DNA of 64,000 bases. Origin: Eledone cirrhosa. Its lineage: Eukaryota. The position numbers and the translations under genes are program-made. The notes under the pieces were generated by a model, which worked only from the letters and a program-made list of their open reading frames with translations, searched no databases and was not told the origin of the DNA. Numbering within the stretch: the stretch's first letter is position 1; the number at the start of each line of letters is the position of its first letter. The stretch lies in assembly GCA_964016885.1 (NCBI GenBank), contig OZ024743.1, forward strand, positions 261,640,001 to 261,704,000, in the 5' to 3' direction. Shown in pieces: positions 12,859-25,953 of this stretch.

Positions 12859-12931
12859 GGTCAGGTAGCTCAGTCGGTAGAGCAGCGGACCGGCAATCCG
12901 AAGGTCGTGGGTTCGATTCCCACCCTGATTA
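12859..12931 (+). tRNA. tRNA-like gene/pseudogene, anticodon GGC on a tRNA-Lys-like scaffold
   Basis: Full 73-nt cloverleaf: GGTCAGG/CCTGATT acceptor (2 G-U), GCTC/GAGC D arm, CGGA/TCCG anticodon stem, loop CCGGCAA, GTGGG/CCCAC T arm with TTCGATT; TTTT just downstream; C33 and G27-A43 are atypical. Confidence 0.65.
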
Positions 12932-13040
12932 CTTTTCCTATCTGCACTTCTTCCTATTCATTATTATTTATTTAACTTATTTGTTGATAAATATTTTTAA
13001 TATTAATATAATATCCTTGCATTGCCTGGAAAAAAAGTGG

Positions 13041-14227
13041 ATTACAGGGAAAAATGCGGGCGCATGTAAAGAAATATTCTTAAATTAATAAACCTAGAAA
13101 AGTAAAGGACAAGTTATTACACCTGGAAAAGTAAAGGACAAGAAAACTTCTTAAAATATTGCAGGTAAAGTCTAAATTTAAAAAAAAATATTTAGATTAT
13201 AAAACTAAAAATAAATAATTATAAGTTAATTGTTAAAAAAATATCACTTTAAAGGACTGGAAAAATGACTGTCTTATAGGGAGAGTTGACTACTGTATAC
13301 TTAATTTTTTTCTTGGTGTATACAAATTAATCTTTTTAAAATAAAATTTGTACAATAATTTGTACAATAATTAATTAATAATAATAATAATAATTAATAT
13401 GTACAATTTATTAATTTATGTTATAAGATATTTAAAAATTTTCACTCTTAATCAAATTATATTTTAAAAAATTTAGTTATAAAATAATGCAGTAAAATAA
13501 ATCAAAAACAGTGCATCATATAATTGCACTTTTTATGAGTATTACAGATTTTTTTTTATAATATAGTAAAATTCAACATCTCAAGGGGCAAAATTAGGTA
13601 AAAGTCAATTCATCAATTATTCATTTATAGTGAATCAATCAATTATAGTGAATTCATCAATTCATTAGATGAACTGTTGAATTAGACAATGTTTAATTTT
13701 TAATTGTAGTCTAATTTTACTCTACCTAAAAATGTAGATTGGTTATTTTGATCTCTGACAGGTCTTAAATTTCATTATTAAACAATTATAATTTGTTATT
13801 ATTTATCATTACAGTTGGCTCCCTAATTAATTATTAATTAATTGTTCGTGTCATTTACACGCCAAAATTTTGTTTTATTTGATGTTTATAATTGTCACTC
13901 ATTTTTTCAGTCCCATTTAGTAAAGTAAAATAAAGTATATTTATTTAATGACCCAACGACTATGGTGTAAATTAGGATCACAAAATTAAATAAATGATCA
14001 TAAATTAGTATTATTATCAATTAGTCAACAGTATTATTAGAATTTATCACTTTCTATGTATATTTAAATCAAATATTTTTTATTATTCAAATTAATACTA
14101 TAGCTGCAATATTTTAAGAAGTTTTCTTGTCCTTTACTTTTCCAGGTGTAATAACTTGTCCTTTACTTTTCTAGGTTTATTAATTTAAGAATATTTCTTT
14201 ACATGCGCCCGCATTTTCCCCTGTAAT
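13041..14227. mobile_element. Non-autonomous long-TIR (foldback/MITE-like) element with very AT-rich interior
   Basis: ~124-bp near-perfect inverted repeats 13041-13164 / 14104-14227, each with two direct copies of GAAAAGTAAAGGACAAG; ends TA-CAGGG...CCCTG-TA. Confidence 0.8.
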
Positions 14228-15800
14228 ATATATATGTATATATGTGTGTGTGTGTGTGTATATATATATGTGTGTGTGTATATATATATATGTATATGTG
14301 TGTGTGTGTGTGTATATATGTATGTGTGTGTATATGTGTGTGTGTATATGTGTGTGTATATATATATATGTATGTGTGTGTGTATATATGTATATGTGTG
14401 TGTATATATATATATATGTATATGTGTGTGTGTATATATGTATATGTGTGTGTGTATATATGTATATGTGTGTGTGTATATATGTATATGTGTGTGTGTA
14501 TATATGTATATGTGTGTGTGTATATATGTATATGTGTGTGTGTATATATGTATATGTGTGTGTATATATATGTATGTGTGTGTGTATATATATGTATGTG
14601 TGTGTGTATATATATGTATGTGTGTGTGTATATATATGTATGTGTGTGTGTATATATATATGTATGTGTGTGTATATATATATATGTATGTGTGTGTATA
14701 TATATATATGTATGTGTGTGTATATATATATATGTATGTGTGTGTATATATATATATGTATGTGTGTGTGTATATATATATATGTACGTGTGTGTGTATA
14801 TATATATGTATGTGTGTGTGTATATATATATGTATGTGTGTGTGTATATATATATATGTATGTGTGTGTGTATATATATATATGTATGTGTGTGTATATA
14901 TATATATGTATGTGTGTGTATATATATATATGTATGTGTGTGTGTATATATATATGTGTGTGTGTGTGTATATAGATATGTGTGTGTGTGTATATAGATA
15001 TGTGCGTGTGTGTATATAGATATGTGTGTGTGTGTGTATATAGATATGTGTATGTGTGTGTATATAGATATATGTATGTGTGTGTATATAGATATATGTA
15101 TGTGTGTGTATATAGATATATGTATGTGTGTGCATATAGATATATGTATGTGTGTGCATATAGATATATGTATGTGTGTGCATATATATATATATGTATG
15201 TGTGTGCATATATATATATATGTATATGTGTGTGCATATATATATATATCTGTGTGTGCATATATATATATATGTGTGTGTGCATATATATATATATCTG
15301 TGTGTGCATATATATATATATGTGTGTGTGCATATATATATATATGTATATGTGTGTGTGCATATATATATATATGTATATGTGTGTGTGCATATATATA
15401 TATATGTATATGTGTGTGTGCATATATATATATGTGTATATGTGTGTGTATATATATATATATGTGTATATGTGTGTGTATATATATATATATATGTATA
15501 TGTGTGTGTATATATATATATATATATGTATATGTGTGTGTATATATATATATATATATGTATATGTGTGTGTATATATATATATATATATGTATATGTG
15601 TGTGTATATATATATATATATATGTATATGTGTGTGTATATATATATATATATATGTATATGTGTGTGTATATATATATATATATATATGTATATGTGTG
15701 TGTATATATATATATATATATATGTATATGTGTGTGTATATATATATATATATATATGTATATGTGTGTGTATATATATATATATAGGTATATGTGTGTA
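14228..15800. repeat. ~1.6-kb compound (TA)/(TG) microsatellite
   Basis: Direct reading; unit variants change progressively along the array. Confidence 0.95.
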
Positions 15801-16843
15801 TCTGGTGCAATAAGTAGCAGCAAGTGCCCACAGAATACTAGCTCATTCCATTGCACAGATGGTTCTATAGAAATAGTGGACAGCTTCCGTTACCTGGGTG
15901 ACAAAATCAGCAGTGGGGGAGGGTGCTCTGAAAGTACAGTAGCTCGAGTCAGAACTGGATGGTAAAAGTTCAGAGAGCTTATACCACTATTAGCCGCTAA
16001 AGGGTTCTCCCTAAAAATGAAAGGCAGGCTGTATGATGCCTGCATACGAACAGCAATGTTGCATGGCAGTGAGACCTGGGCATTGTGTGCAGAGGATATA
16101 TGCAGACTGGAGAGGAACGAAGCTTGCATGCTCCGCTTGATGTGTAATAGTAATATACGTGAACGGCAAAGCATAAACGAACTAAGGGAAAAATTAGAAA
16201 TAAGAGAGATCAGATGGTGTTTATTTGAGAGAAGACTACGTTGGTATGGTCACGTGATGCGCATGAAAGACGACACCCGTATAAAAAAGTGCAGGGCAAT
16301 AAAAATAGACGGTAGCCACGGAGTAGGCAGACCCAGAGAAACCTGGGACGACTTGATAAATTCCGACCTCACACACTTACACCTCTCCAAGACAATGTCA
16401 CTGGACCGAGATCTTTGGCGCTACACAGTAATAGAGAAGACCCGCCTTACCTAAGTACAAAGTGAAACCTACTACAGTCAGTAGGCACCTCTAACAAAAT
16501 ACACCCCATCCACACTACCCCTAACTCATCCACACCACCCCTTTCAATGTAAAGTTATGTTGGTACCACAACATCCAGCTCGAAACAAATGAGGTCGTGT
16601 AGGTGTCACGACAAAAAAACACACAGTCCACGCTGTAATGTGGCCGTGTAGGTAACATGGTAAAAACCTCCCAGTTCCACACTGTAAATGTGGTTGGTGT
16701 TAGGAAGGGCATCCAGCCGTAGAAAACCCGCCAGACAGTCCTATACGAGCAAGACAACCACTCTTGCCTCAAGTGGGAAAACTCCCGTCCAAACCCATGC
16801 AAGCGTGGAATATGGACGTTAAACGGTGATGATGATGATGATG
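15801..16843 (+). mobile_element. 5'-truncated RTE LINE, subfamily A (premature stop ~15963)
   Basis: [10 protein letters not shown]...LRWYGHVMR...; same 3' UTR and (GAT)n tail. Confidence 0.92.
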
Positions 16844-16934
16844 TGTGTATATATATATGTATATATGTGTGTATATATATATATATATGTATATATATAG
16901 ATAGATAAATATACATGGGTGTGTATGATTGTGT

Positions 16935-19431
16935 ATAGAAGATTATATTAATAAGAGGAATTCCAACTTTGTCTGATTTACTCGTTTTATTTACAATCCT
17001 TTAAAATTTATAATGGTATTATAATGAAATAGTATGATAGAATATTAAATGTTAAGTGTTAATTGAACAAGTACTCTCATGCTTTCACAATCTTCAGGTT
17101 CATAATGTGTGGTGACAGTCATGTTTGCAATTTTCAACTTTAATGAGATGGGTAAATTTTGTACCTTATATACAGTGAAAAGTGGCTCCAGAATGCTAAA
17201 TCTTGCAAACTGTATTTCGACCAATCGGTGTGTAGTTTCACTGAATTACTAAAGCTGATTGGTTTAAGCGTCACGGTTGGTTGAGCATGTTTAACGACCA
17301 ATAATTGATCCTATCCAAAGCATCAATTGTTTTGCTATTTTTAGAAATGATGAAAATAGCATTTTCTAGTAATCATCACCATCAACATCACTTTTATTAT
17401 TATTGTTGTTGTTGTTGTTGTTGTTGTTGTTAGTGGTCGTAGTCGACATGGTCGTAGTCGACATGGTCGTAGTCATAGTAGAAGTAATACCCCTAAGCGT
17501 TATTATTGTTCATTTAGTTTGGGTTTGAATTTATCAATAAAATTCTTTTCTTTGATTTTTCTCTTGATTTCACTTGGGCTGTGTAATTTGTAGAATGGGA
17601 ATATTATAAATATTCCCTGACCACATGTTGCTAGATGGTTACTTAGGGCTATCTGATGGACATTTGGGTCTCTGATTTGCTGACGGTGTACTCGTGCACG
17701 TTCCGATAGTGCATTTCCAGTTTGACCGACATATAGTTCTTCACAATTCGGGCATTTAATGCAGTAAATTAGATTTCTGCTTTTGCAGTTCATATTTGCA
17801 TTTGGGAATATTTTTCCAGTTTTTGTTTTCATATATAGACCGGCATGTATGGATTGACATGTGCCGCATCGACTATCATTGCATTTAGATACGGTGAATG
17901 ATTGGTCTTTGTTGTTAAGGTCAAACTTTGCTTTTGTTAGTAATTGCTTCAAATTTTTTGGCTGTTTTTTACTAAGAGTCAAAGATCGATCTGTGATTAA
18001 GCCTTTTAATTCCATTACTTTGAGCAATGATCGGTAGGTTTGCTTTGGCAGTGTTGAAGATATTCTGGTGACATGGGATGTGTGTCATTATAAATGGTAT
18101 GACCAGTTCTTGGTTTCTTCTTCCTTGGGTTGTCCTAAGTTGTTGTATAGGTATTTTTATAGCCCGCTGTATGCCATTTTCTATTAGTAGAGATGGGTAT
18201 TTTTGTTTGAGCAACAATTCTCTTAGTTCTGTTAGGCGTTTGTAACTGGTATTCGTATCTTCTACAATGGTACAAATTCTTCTGGCTAGGCAGTATGGGA
18301 TGTTGCGTTTTGTATGAGATGGATGGCACGACTTAAAATTCAGATATTGATGGGTGTCTGTGTGTTTATAATATATATCCGTGGTAATGGTGGTGTCGTT
18401 TTTGATTACCATTATATCTAGGAATGGTAATTTGGTACTACTCATCTCTTTTGTGAATTGGAGAGATGGGTGTAGGTTATTTAGGAGGATATTGAACTCA
18501 TCCAGAGTATCTAGAGATTCTGTCCAGATGATGAAACAGTCGTCAAGGTGTATCTCTTCCAAGATTTTTCAATGTACTTTCTAAAGTCAGTACTATATTT
18601 TTCCTCTATTTCTTGGTAGAGTTGTTGTTCTAAGTATCCCATTACAGAGTTCACGTAAACGGGAGCAAACTTCGTTCCCATCGCTGTGCCTCTAATTTGG
18701 ATGTAATTCTTTACATTGAAGAAGAAAGTGTTGTTTTCCAGAATAACTTTAACTGCGTCTAATATAAATGGCGCTGTGAATCTGATGGGAATCACTTCTC
18801 TATGATTTTTTACCCAGTATTTAACCGCCTTTATTCCTAAATCATGTGTAATGTTGGTGTAAAGGCTTACCACATCAAAACTAAGTAGAAGTGAATTCGT
18901 TTCCGTGGTTTTGGGAAGATGGGACAGGAAGTCGATATCATCCCGGATGAAACTGGGTATGTGATTACATAGTGGTTTCAAAATAATGTCAACAAAATTG
19001 CTTAGACGGTGGGTGGGGCATGTTGGACCAGCTATAATAGGTCTAAGTTTTAAGTCTTTTGGGTGTAGTAATTTAATGTACTCACTGTTTTGTTCTCTTA
19101 CTGCCAGTTGTATTTCTTTTGACTTATGAACTTTTGGTAGGCCATAGAGGTTGCTGGGTTTTGGCTCAAAATTGGTGATGTAGTCTCTTTCCTTATCAGT
19201 AAGTGAGTTGTGGTATTTTGAAGCCAGGTTGTTGATCTTCATGATGTTGTGGTCTATATTTGACGGTATTTCATGATAGAATGTTGTTTCTTTCAGTTGT
19301 TCCTCAACCAAATCCTTGTAGTATTCAGTATCCATTATAACAACTGCACCCCCTTTATCTGCTTGTTTAATTATTATTGTTTTATCATTTTGTATACGTT
19401 TAAGTGCAGACATTTCTGATTTGTTAATGTT
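16935..19431 (-). mobile_element. Penelope-like element, 5'-truncated, RT + GIY-YIG in three frameshifted ORFs (Neptune-like, tentative)
   Basis: ORFs 18511-19455 (ADKGGAVV, YGLPKVHK, LRPII, SFDVVSLYTNI, GTAMG), 17972-18562 (LDDCF, LPFLD, SCHP), 17503-18027 (CNDSRCGTC, NLIYCIKC..LYVGQT); 3' boundary approximate. Confidence 0.9.
17064..17102 (-). ncRNA. Degenerate minimal hammerhead motif in PLE 3' region
   Basis: Minus strand TGAAC-CTGAAGA-ttgt-GAAAGCAtgagagTACT-T-GTTCA: 5-bp stem I, both boxes, stem II reduced, one stem III mismatch. Confidence 0.55.
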
Positions 19432-19445
19432 ATATATATGTATAT

Positions 19446-19782
19446 GGAGGCACATGGCTTAGTGGTTAGAGCATTGGGCTTGCAATCGAAAGGTTGTGAG
19501 TTCAATTCTCAGACCAGGTGATGTGTTGTTTCCTTGAGCAAGACACTTTATTTCACGTTGCTCCAGTTTACTCAGCTGTCGAAATGAGATGATAGGGACT
19601 GGAGTCCCTATCATTCCACTGCAAAGTGGACGTCTAGGCGCCACGGCAAAAAAGCACCCAGCACTCACTGTAAATGAGGTTGGTGTTAGGAAGGGCATCC
19701 AGCTGTAGAAATCAAGCCAGAATCAGTTCCCGTCCCACCCTTGCAAGCAGGGAAAAGTGGACGTAAAATGATGATGATGATG

Positions 19783-19784
<2 letters not shown>
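19446..19784 (+). mobile_element. Full-length tRNA-derived CORE-type SINE with RTE-derived 3' tail
   Basis: A box TGGCTTAGTGG, B box GAGTTCAATTC, CORE-like CCTTGAGCAAGACACTT...CAGTTTACTCAGCTG, tail matching RTE subfamily B 3' UTR (~39490-39707), (GAT)n. Confidence 0.85.
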
Positions 19785-19824
<40 letters not shown>

Positions 19825-19907
19825 ATATGTATATATGTGTGTATATGTATATGTATATATGTGTGTATATGTATATATGTGTGTGTATATATGTGTGTAT
19901 ATATGTG

Positions 19908-19968
<61 letters not shown>

Positions 19969-21279
19969 ATGTGTATATATATGTGTATATATATATATAT
20001 ATATATGTGTATATATATATGTGTATATATATATACATATATATGTGTATATATATATACATATATATGTGTATATATATATATATATATGTGTGTATAT
20101 ATATATATATATGTGTATATATATATATATGTGTATATATATATATGTATATATATGTGTATATGTATATATATGTGTATATATGTATATATATGTGTAT
20201 ATATGTATATATATGTGTATATATGTATATATATGTGTATATATGTATATATATGTGTATATATGTATATATATGTGTATATATATATATATATATGTGT
20301 GTATATATATATATATGTGTATATATATATATGTATGTGTATATATATATATATATATGTGTGTATATATATATATATGTGTATATATATATATGTATGT
20401 GTATATATATATATGTATATATATGTGTATATATATATATGTGTATATATATATATGTGTATATATATATATGTATATATATGTGTATATGTATATATAT
20501 GTGTGTATATGTATATATATGTGTGTATATGTATATATATGTGTATATATGTATATATATGTGTATATATATATATATATATGTGTATATATATGTGTAT
20601 ATATATATATATATATGTGTATATATATATATATGTATATATATGTGTATATATATATATATGTGTATATATGTATATATATGTGTATGTATATATATGT
20701 GTATATGTGTATATATATATATATGTATATATATATGTGTATATATGTATATATATATGTGTATATATGTATATATATATGTGTATATATGTATATATTT
20801 GTATATATATATATATATATGTGTATGTATATATATATGTATATATATTTGTATATATATATATATATATGTGTATGTATATATATATGTATATATATTT
20901 GTATATATGTATATGTATATATATTTGTATGTATATATATATGTATATATATTTGTATATATGTATATGTATATATATTTGTATATATATATATGTATAT
21001 ATATGTGTATGTATATATATGTGTATATATATATATGTATATATGTGTATGTATATATATGTATATATATGTGTATGTATATATAAATATATATATATAT
21101 ATGTGATATATGTGTATGTGTGTATATATATGTGTATGTATATATATATATATATATGTGATATATGTGTATGTGTGTATATATATGTGTATGTATATAT
21201 ATATATATATATATGTGATATATGTGTATGTGTATATATATATATATATATGTGTATATATGTGTATATATGTGTATAT

Positions 21280-21345
<66 letters not shown>

Positions 21346-22245
21346 ATGTGTATATATATATATGTGTATATATATATATGTGTATATGTATATATATGTA
21401 TATATATGTGTATATATATATATGTATATATATATATATGTATATATATGTGTATATATATATATGTGTATATATATATATGTGTATATATATATATGTG
21501 TATATATGTGTATATATATATATGTGTATATATATATATATGTATATATATGTGTATATATATATATGTGTATATATATATATGTGTATATATATATATA
21601 TGTATATATATGTGTATATATATATATGTGTATATATATATGTGTATATATATATGTGTATATATATATGTGTATATATATATGTATATGTATATATATA
21701 TGTATATATATGTGTATATATGTATATATATGTGTATATATATATATATATGTGTATATATATGTGTGTATATATATATATGTGTATATATATATATGTA
21801 TATATATATATGTGTATATATATATATGTGTATATATATATATGTATATATATATATATGTATATATATATATGTATATATATATATGTATATATATATA
21901 TGTGTATATGTATATATATGTGTATAAGTATATATATGTGTATATGTATATATATGTGTATATGTGTATATGTATATATATGTGTATATGTATATATATG
22001 TGTATATGTATATATATGTGTATATGTATATATATGTGTATATGTGTATATGTATATATATGTGTATATGTATATATATGTGTATATGTATATATATGTG
22101 TATATATATGTGTATATGTATATATATGTGTATATATATGTGTATATGTATATATATGTGTATATATGTGTATATGTATATATATGTGTATATGTATATA
22201 TATGTGTATATGTATATATATGTATATATATGTGTATATGTATAT
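19785..22245. repeat. ~2.5-kb compound (TA)/(TG) microsatellite
   Basis: Direct reading. Confidence 0.95.
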
Positions 22246-24880
22246 ATCATCATCATCATCATCATCAACGTTTAACGTCCGTGTTCCACGCTTGCATGGG
22301 TTTGGACGGGGGTAGTCCCACTTGAGGCAAGAGTGATTGTCTTGCTCGCATAGGACTGTCTGGCAGGTTTTCTACAGTTGGATGCCCTTCGTAACACCAA
22401 CCACATTTACAGTGTGGGTCTGGGAGGTTTTTACCGTGTTGCCTACACGGCCACATTACAGCGTGGACTGTGTGTTTTTTTTGTCGTGACACCTACACGA
22501 TCTCATTTGTTTCGGCCTCGATGGCGCGGCACCAACATAACTTTACATAGAACGGGGTGGTGTGGATGGGGTGGGGGTGGTGGTGGTGGGACGGGGTGTA
22601 TTTTGTTAGAGATGCCTACTGGCTGGAGTAGGTTTTACTATATATTTAGGTAAGGCGGGTCTTCTCTGTTACTGAGTACCGCCAAAGGTCTCGGTCCAGT
22701 GACATTGTCTTGGAGAGGTGTAAGTGTGTGATGTCGGAGTTTATCAGCTCGTCCCAGGTTTTTCTAGGTCTGCCTATTCCGTGACTACCGTCTATCTTTA
22801 TTGCCCTGCACTTTGTTATACAGCTATCGACTTTCATGCGCATCACGTGTCCATACCAACGTAGCCTTCTCTCGAGTAAACAACATCTGATCCCTCTTAT
22901 CTCTAATTTTTTCCTTAGTTCGTTTATGCTTTGCCGTTCACGTATATTACTGTTACACATCCAGCGGAGCATGCAAGCTTCGTTCCTCTCTAGTCTGCGT
23001 ATATCCTCTGCACACAATGCCCAGGTCTCACTGCCATGCAGCATTGCTGTTCGTATGCAGGCATCGTACAACCTGCCTTTCATTTTTAGTGAGAACCCTT
23101 TAGCAGCTAATAGTGGTATAAGCTCTCTGAACTTTTTCCAACCAGTTCTGACTCTAGCTACAGTACTTTCAGAACACCCTCCCCCACTGCTGATTTTATC
23201 GCCCAGGTAACGGAAGCTGTCCACTATTTCTATAGAACCTTCTGCGCAATTGAAAGAGCTAGTAGTTTGTGGGCACTTGCTGCTACTTATTGCACCAGAG
23301 CACCGGCCACATGTAAAATCTATGTTCTTAGTTAGCTTACCTGTGATCCCACTACATCTTTTATGCACCCATACTTTGCATTTAGGACATAAAATGGAGT
23401 TTCTACCTACGCCTTTCCTACACACCGAGCACGACCATTTCCCAGAAGGGACCGCCGCCTTGTTTTCTTTCCTACAAACTAGTACTTTGGTCTTAGCCAG
23501 GTTAATTTTAAGTCCTTTTGACTCTAGGCCGTGCTTCCATGTTTGGAATTTCTTCTCTAGCTCGGCCATTGATTCCGCTATGAGTGTCAGGTCGTCTGCG
23601 TATAGGAGTTCCCATGGGCAGCCTGTCTTGAACTCCTCTGTTATAGCCTGAAGGGCAATAATAAATAGTAGTGGGCTGAGAACAGAGCCCTGATGGACGC
23701 CAACTTTTACGCTAAACTCTTCACTATATTCGTTGTTAATTCTAACCTTGCTGACTGTTTCTTTATACATGGCTTGTATAGCCCTCACAAGCCATTCGTC
23801 AACGCCTAGTTTTCTAAGAGCCCACCAGATAATGGTGCGGGGGACTCTGTCGAAGGCTTTCTCCAAGTCGACAAAAGCTAAGTAGAGGGGTTTACCTTTA
23901 GCTAGGTACTTCTCCTGTAGTTGTCGTACTATGAAAAGAGCGTCTGTGGTACTTTTGCCTGACACAAACCCGAACTGCATTTCATCTAGGTCAATTCTCT
24001 CTCTGATTAGTTGCGCTATTACTTTTTCCGTGACCTTCATGACCTGGTCGATTAATTTAATGCCTCTATAATTACTCCTATCTAGGGCGTCTCCTTTACC
24101 CTTATAACAGTTAACGATGATGCTGCTATGCCAGTCCTTCGGAACAACCCCATTCTGTACGACTTGGTTAACTATGCGGGTGACCATGGTGTGTCCCACC
24201 GTGCCAGATGCCTTCAGCATCTCAGCAACTATTTCCGAAGGCCCAGCCGCCTTACCCGTCTTCATATCCTTGATTGCCTTACTTATTATACTCCCCTCGA
24301 CTAACACTGCTGGTCCCTCTATTGGGTCGATATGGGGGAGACTGCCTTTCTCCCAATTATTCTCCTCATTTAGTAGCCTTTCATAGTGACACTTCCAAGC
24401 TACCTTCTTATCAGCGTCGGTGATGGCAAGTGTGCCATCGTCGTTTAGTACACACTTCTCCCCGACAATATCACGGTTTTCCTTGACGCATTGCCTAGCA
24501 ATCCTGAACACCTCACGTTTTTGGTCATCGCGTTGTAGAACATGCTTGAACTTTCTTTCCTCAGCTTCCCTTCTTGCTAAGTACACTTGTCTCCTAGCTT
24601 CCCTCCTGGCCACTTGATAGTCCTCTCTACTTCCCCCATCCCGCCATACTTTCCAAGCCTGCTTTTTGGCCTTAATTGACCCCTCCACCTTACTGTTCCA
24701 CCACCATGTTACTCTCCTCCTGCCTCCAGGCCTGCTCCAGCCACAGACTTCGTCTGTCGCCAACAGCAGGTTTGCTTTCAGAAATTCCCACTCTCCCTCT
24801 ATATTGTCCGACTCTAAATGTTCTTCCTTACTGTCGAAAGCATCAAGTAATATGTTTTGAAATTTATTTTTGGCTGTGGG
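22246..24880 (-). mobile_element. Longest RTE LINE copy, subfamily A, 5'-truncated (no endonuclease domain)
   Basis: Uninterrupted frame through RT and C-terminus; (CAT)n tail at 22246. Confidence 0.95.
22646..24763 (-). CDS. RTE-clade reverse transcriptase with inserted PHD-like C4HC3 finger (truncated TE ORF)
   Basis: 705 aa: [37 protein letters not shown]; CSVC..CPKC..H..C..CGRC. Confidence 0.85.
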   Translation of the reverse strand: MATDEVCGWSRPGGRRRVTWWWNSKVEGSIKAKKQAWKVWRDGGSREDYQVARREARRQVYLARREAEERKFKHVLQRDDQKREVFRIARQCVKENRDIVGEKCVLNDDGTLAITDADKKVAWKCHYERLLNEENNWEKGSLPHIDPIEGPAVLVEGSIISKAIKDMKTGKAAGPSEIVAEMLKASGTVGHTMVTRIVNQVVQNGVVPKDWHSSIIVNCYKGKGDALDRSNYRGIKLIDQVMKVTEKVIAQLIRERIDLDEMQFGFVSGKSTTDALFIVRQLQEKYLAKGKPLYLAFVDLEKAFDRVPRTIIWWALRKLGVDEWLVRAIQAMYKETVSKVRINNEYSEEFSVKVGVHQGSVLSPLLFIIALQAITEEFKTGCPWELLYADDLTLIAESMAELEKKFQTWKHGLESKGLKINLAKTKVLVCRKENKAAVPSGKWSCSVCRKGVGRNSILCPKCKVWVHKRCSGITGKLTKNIDFTCGRCSGAISSSKCPQTTSSFNCAEGSIEIVDSFRYLGDKISSGGGCSESTVARVRTGWKKFRELIPLLAAKGFSLKMKGRLYDACIRTAMLHGSETWALCAEDIRRLERNEACMLRWMCNSNIRERQSINELRKKLEIRGIRCCLLERRLRWYGHVMRMKVDSCITKCRAIKIDGSHGIGRPRKTWDELINSDITHLHLSKTMSLDRDLWRYSVTEKTRLT

Positions 24881-25920
24881 TATGTATATGTATATGTATG
24901 TATGTATATGTATGTATATATATGTATGTATATGTATGTATATATATATATGTATGTATGTATATATATATATGTATGTATGTATATATATATATGTATG
25001 TATATGTATGTATATATATATATGTATGTATATGTATGTATATATATATATGTATGTATATGTATGTATATATATATATGTATGTATATGTATGTATATA
25101 TATATATGTATGTATATGTATGTATATATATATATGTATGTATATGTATGTATATGTATGTATATGTATGTATATGTATGTATATGTATGTATATATATA
25201 TATGTATGTGTATGTATATGTATATATATGTATGTGTATGTATATGTATATATATGTATATATATATGTATATGTATGTATATGTATATGTATGTATATG
25301 TATGTATATATATATATGTATATGTATGTATATGTATGTATATATATATATGTATATGTATGTATATGTATGTATATATATATATATGTATATGTATGTA
25401 TATGTATGTATATATATATGTATGTATGTATGTATATATGTGTATGTATGTATGTATATATGTGTATGTATGTATGTATATATGTATGTATATGTATGTA
25501 TATATGTATATGTATATGTATGTATATGTATATATATATATGTATATGTATGTATATATATATATGTATATGTATGTATATATATATATGTATATGTATG
25601 TATGTATATATATGTATATGTATGTATATGTATGTATATATATATATGTATATGTATGTATATGTATGTATATATATATATGTATATGTATGTATATGTA
25701 TGTATATATATATATATATGTGTATGTATGTATATGTATGTATATATATATATATGTATATGTATGTATATGTATGTATATATATATATATGTATATGTA
25801 TGTATATGTATGTATATATATATATATGTATATGTATGTATATGTATGTATATATATGTATATGTATATATATGTATATGTATATATATGTATATGTATG
25901 TATATATATATATATGTATA

Positions 25921-25953
<33 letters not shown>

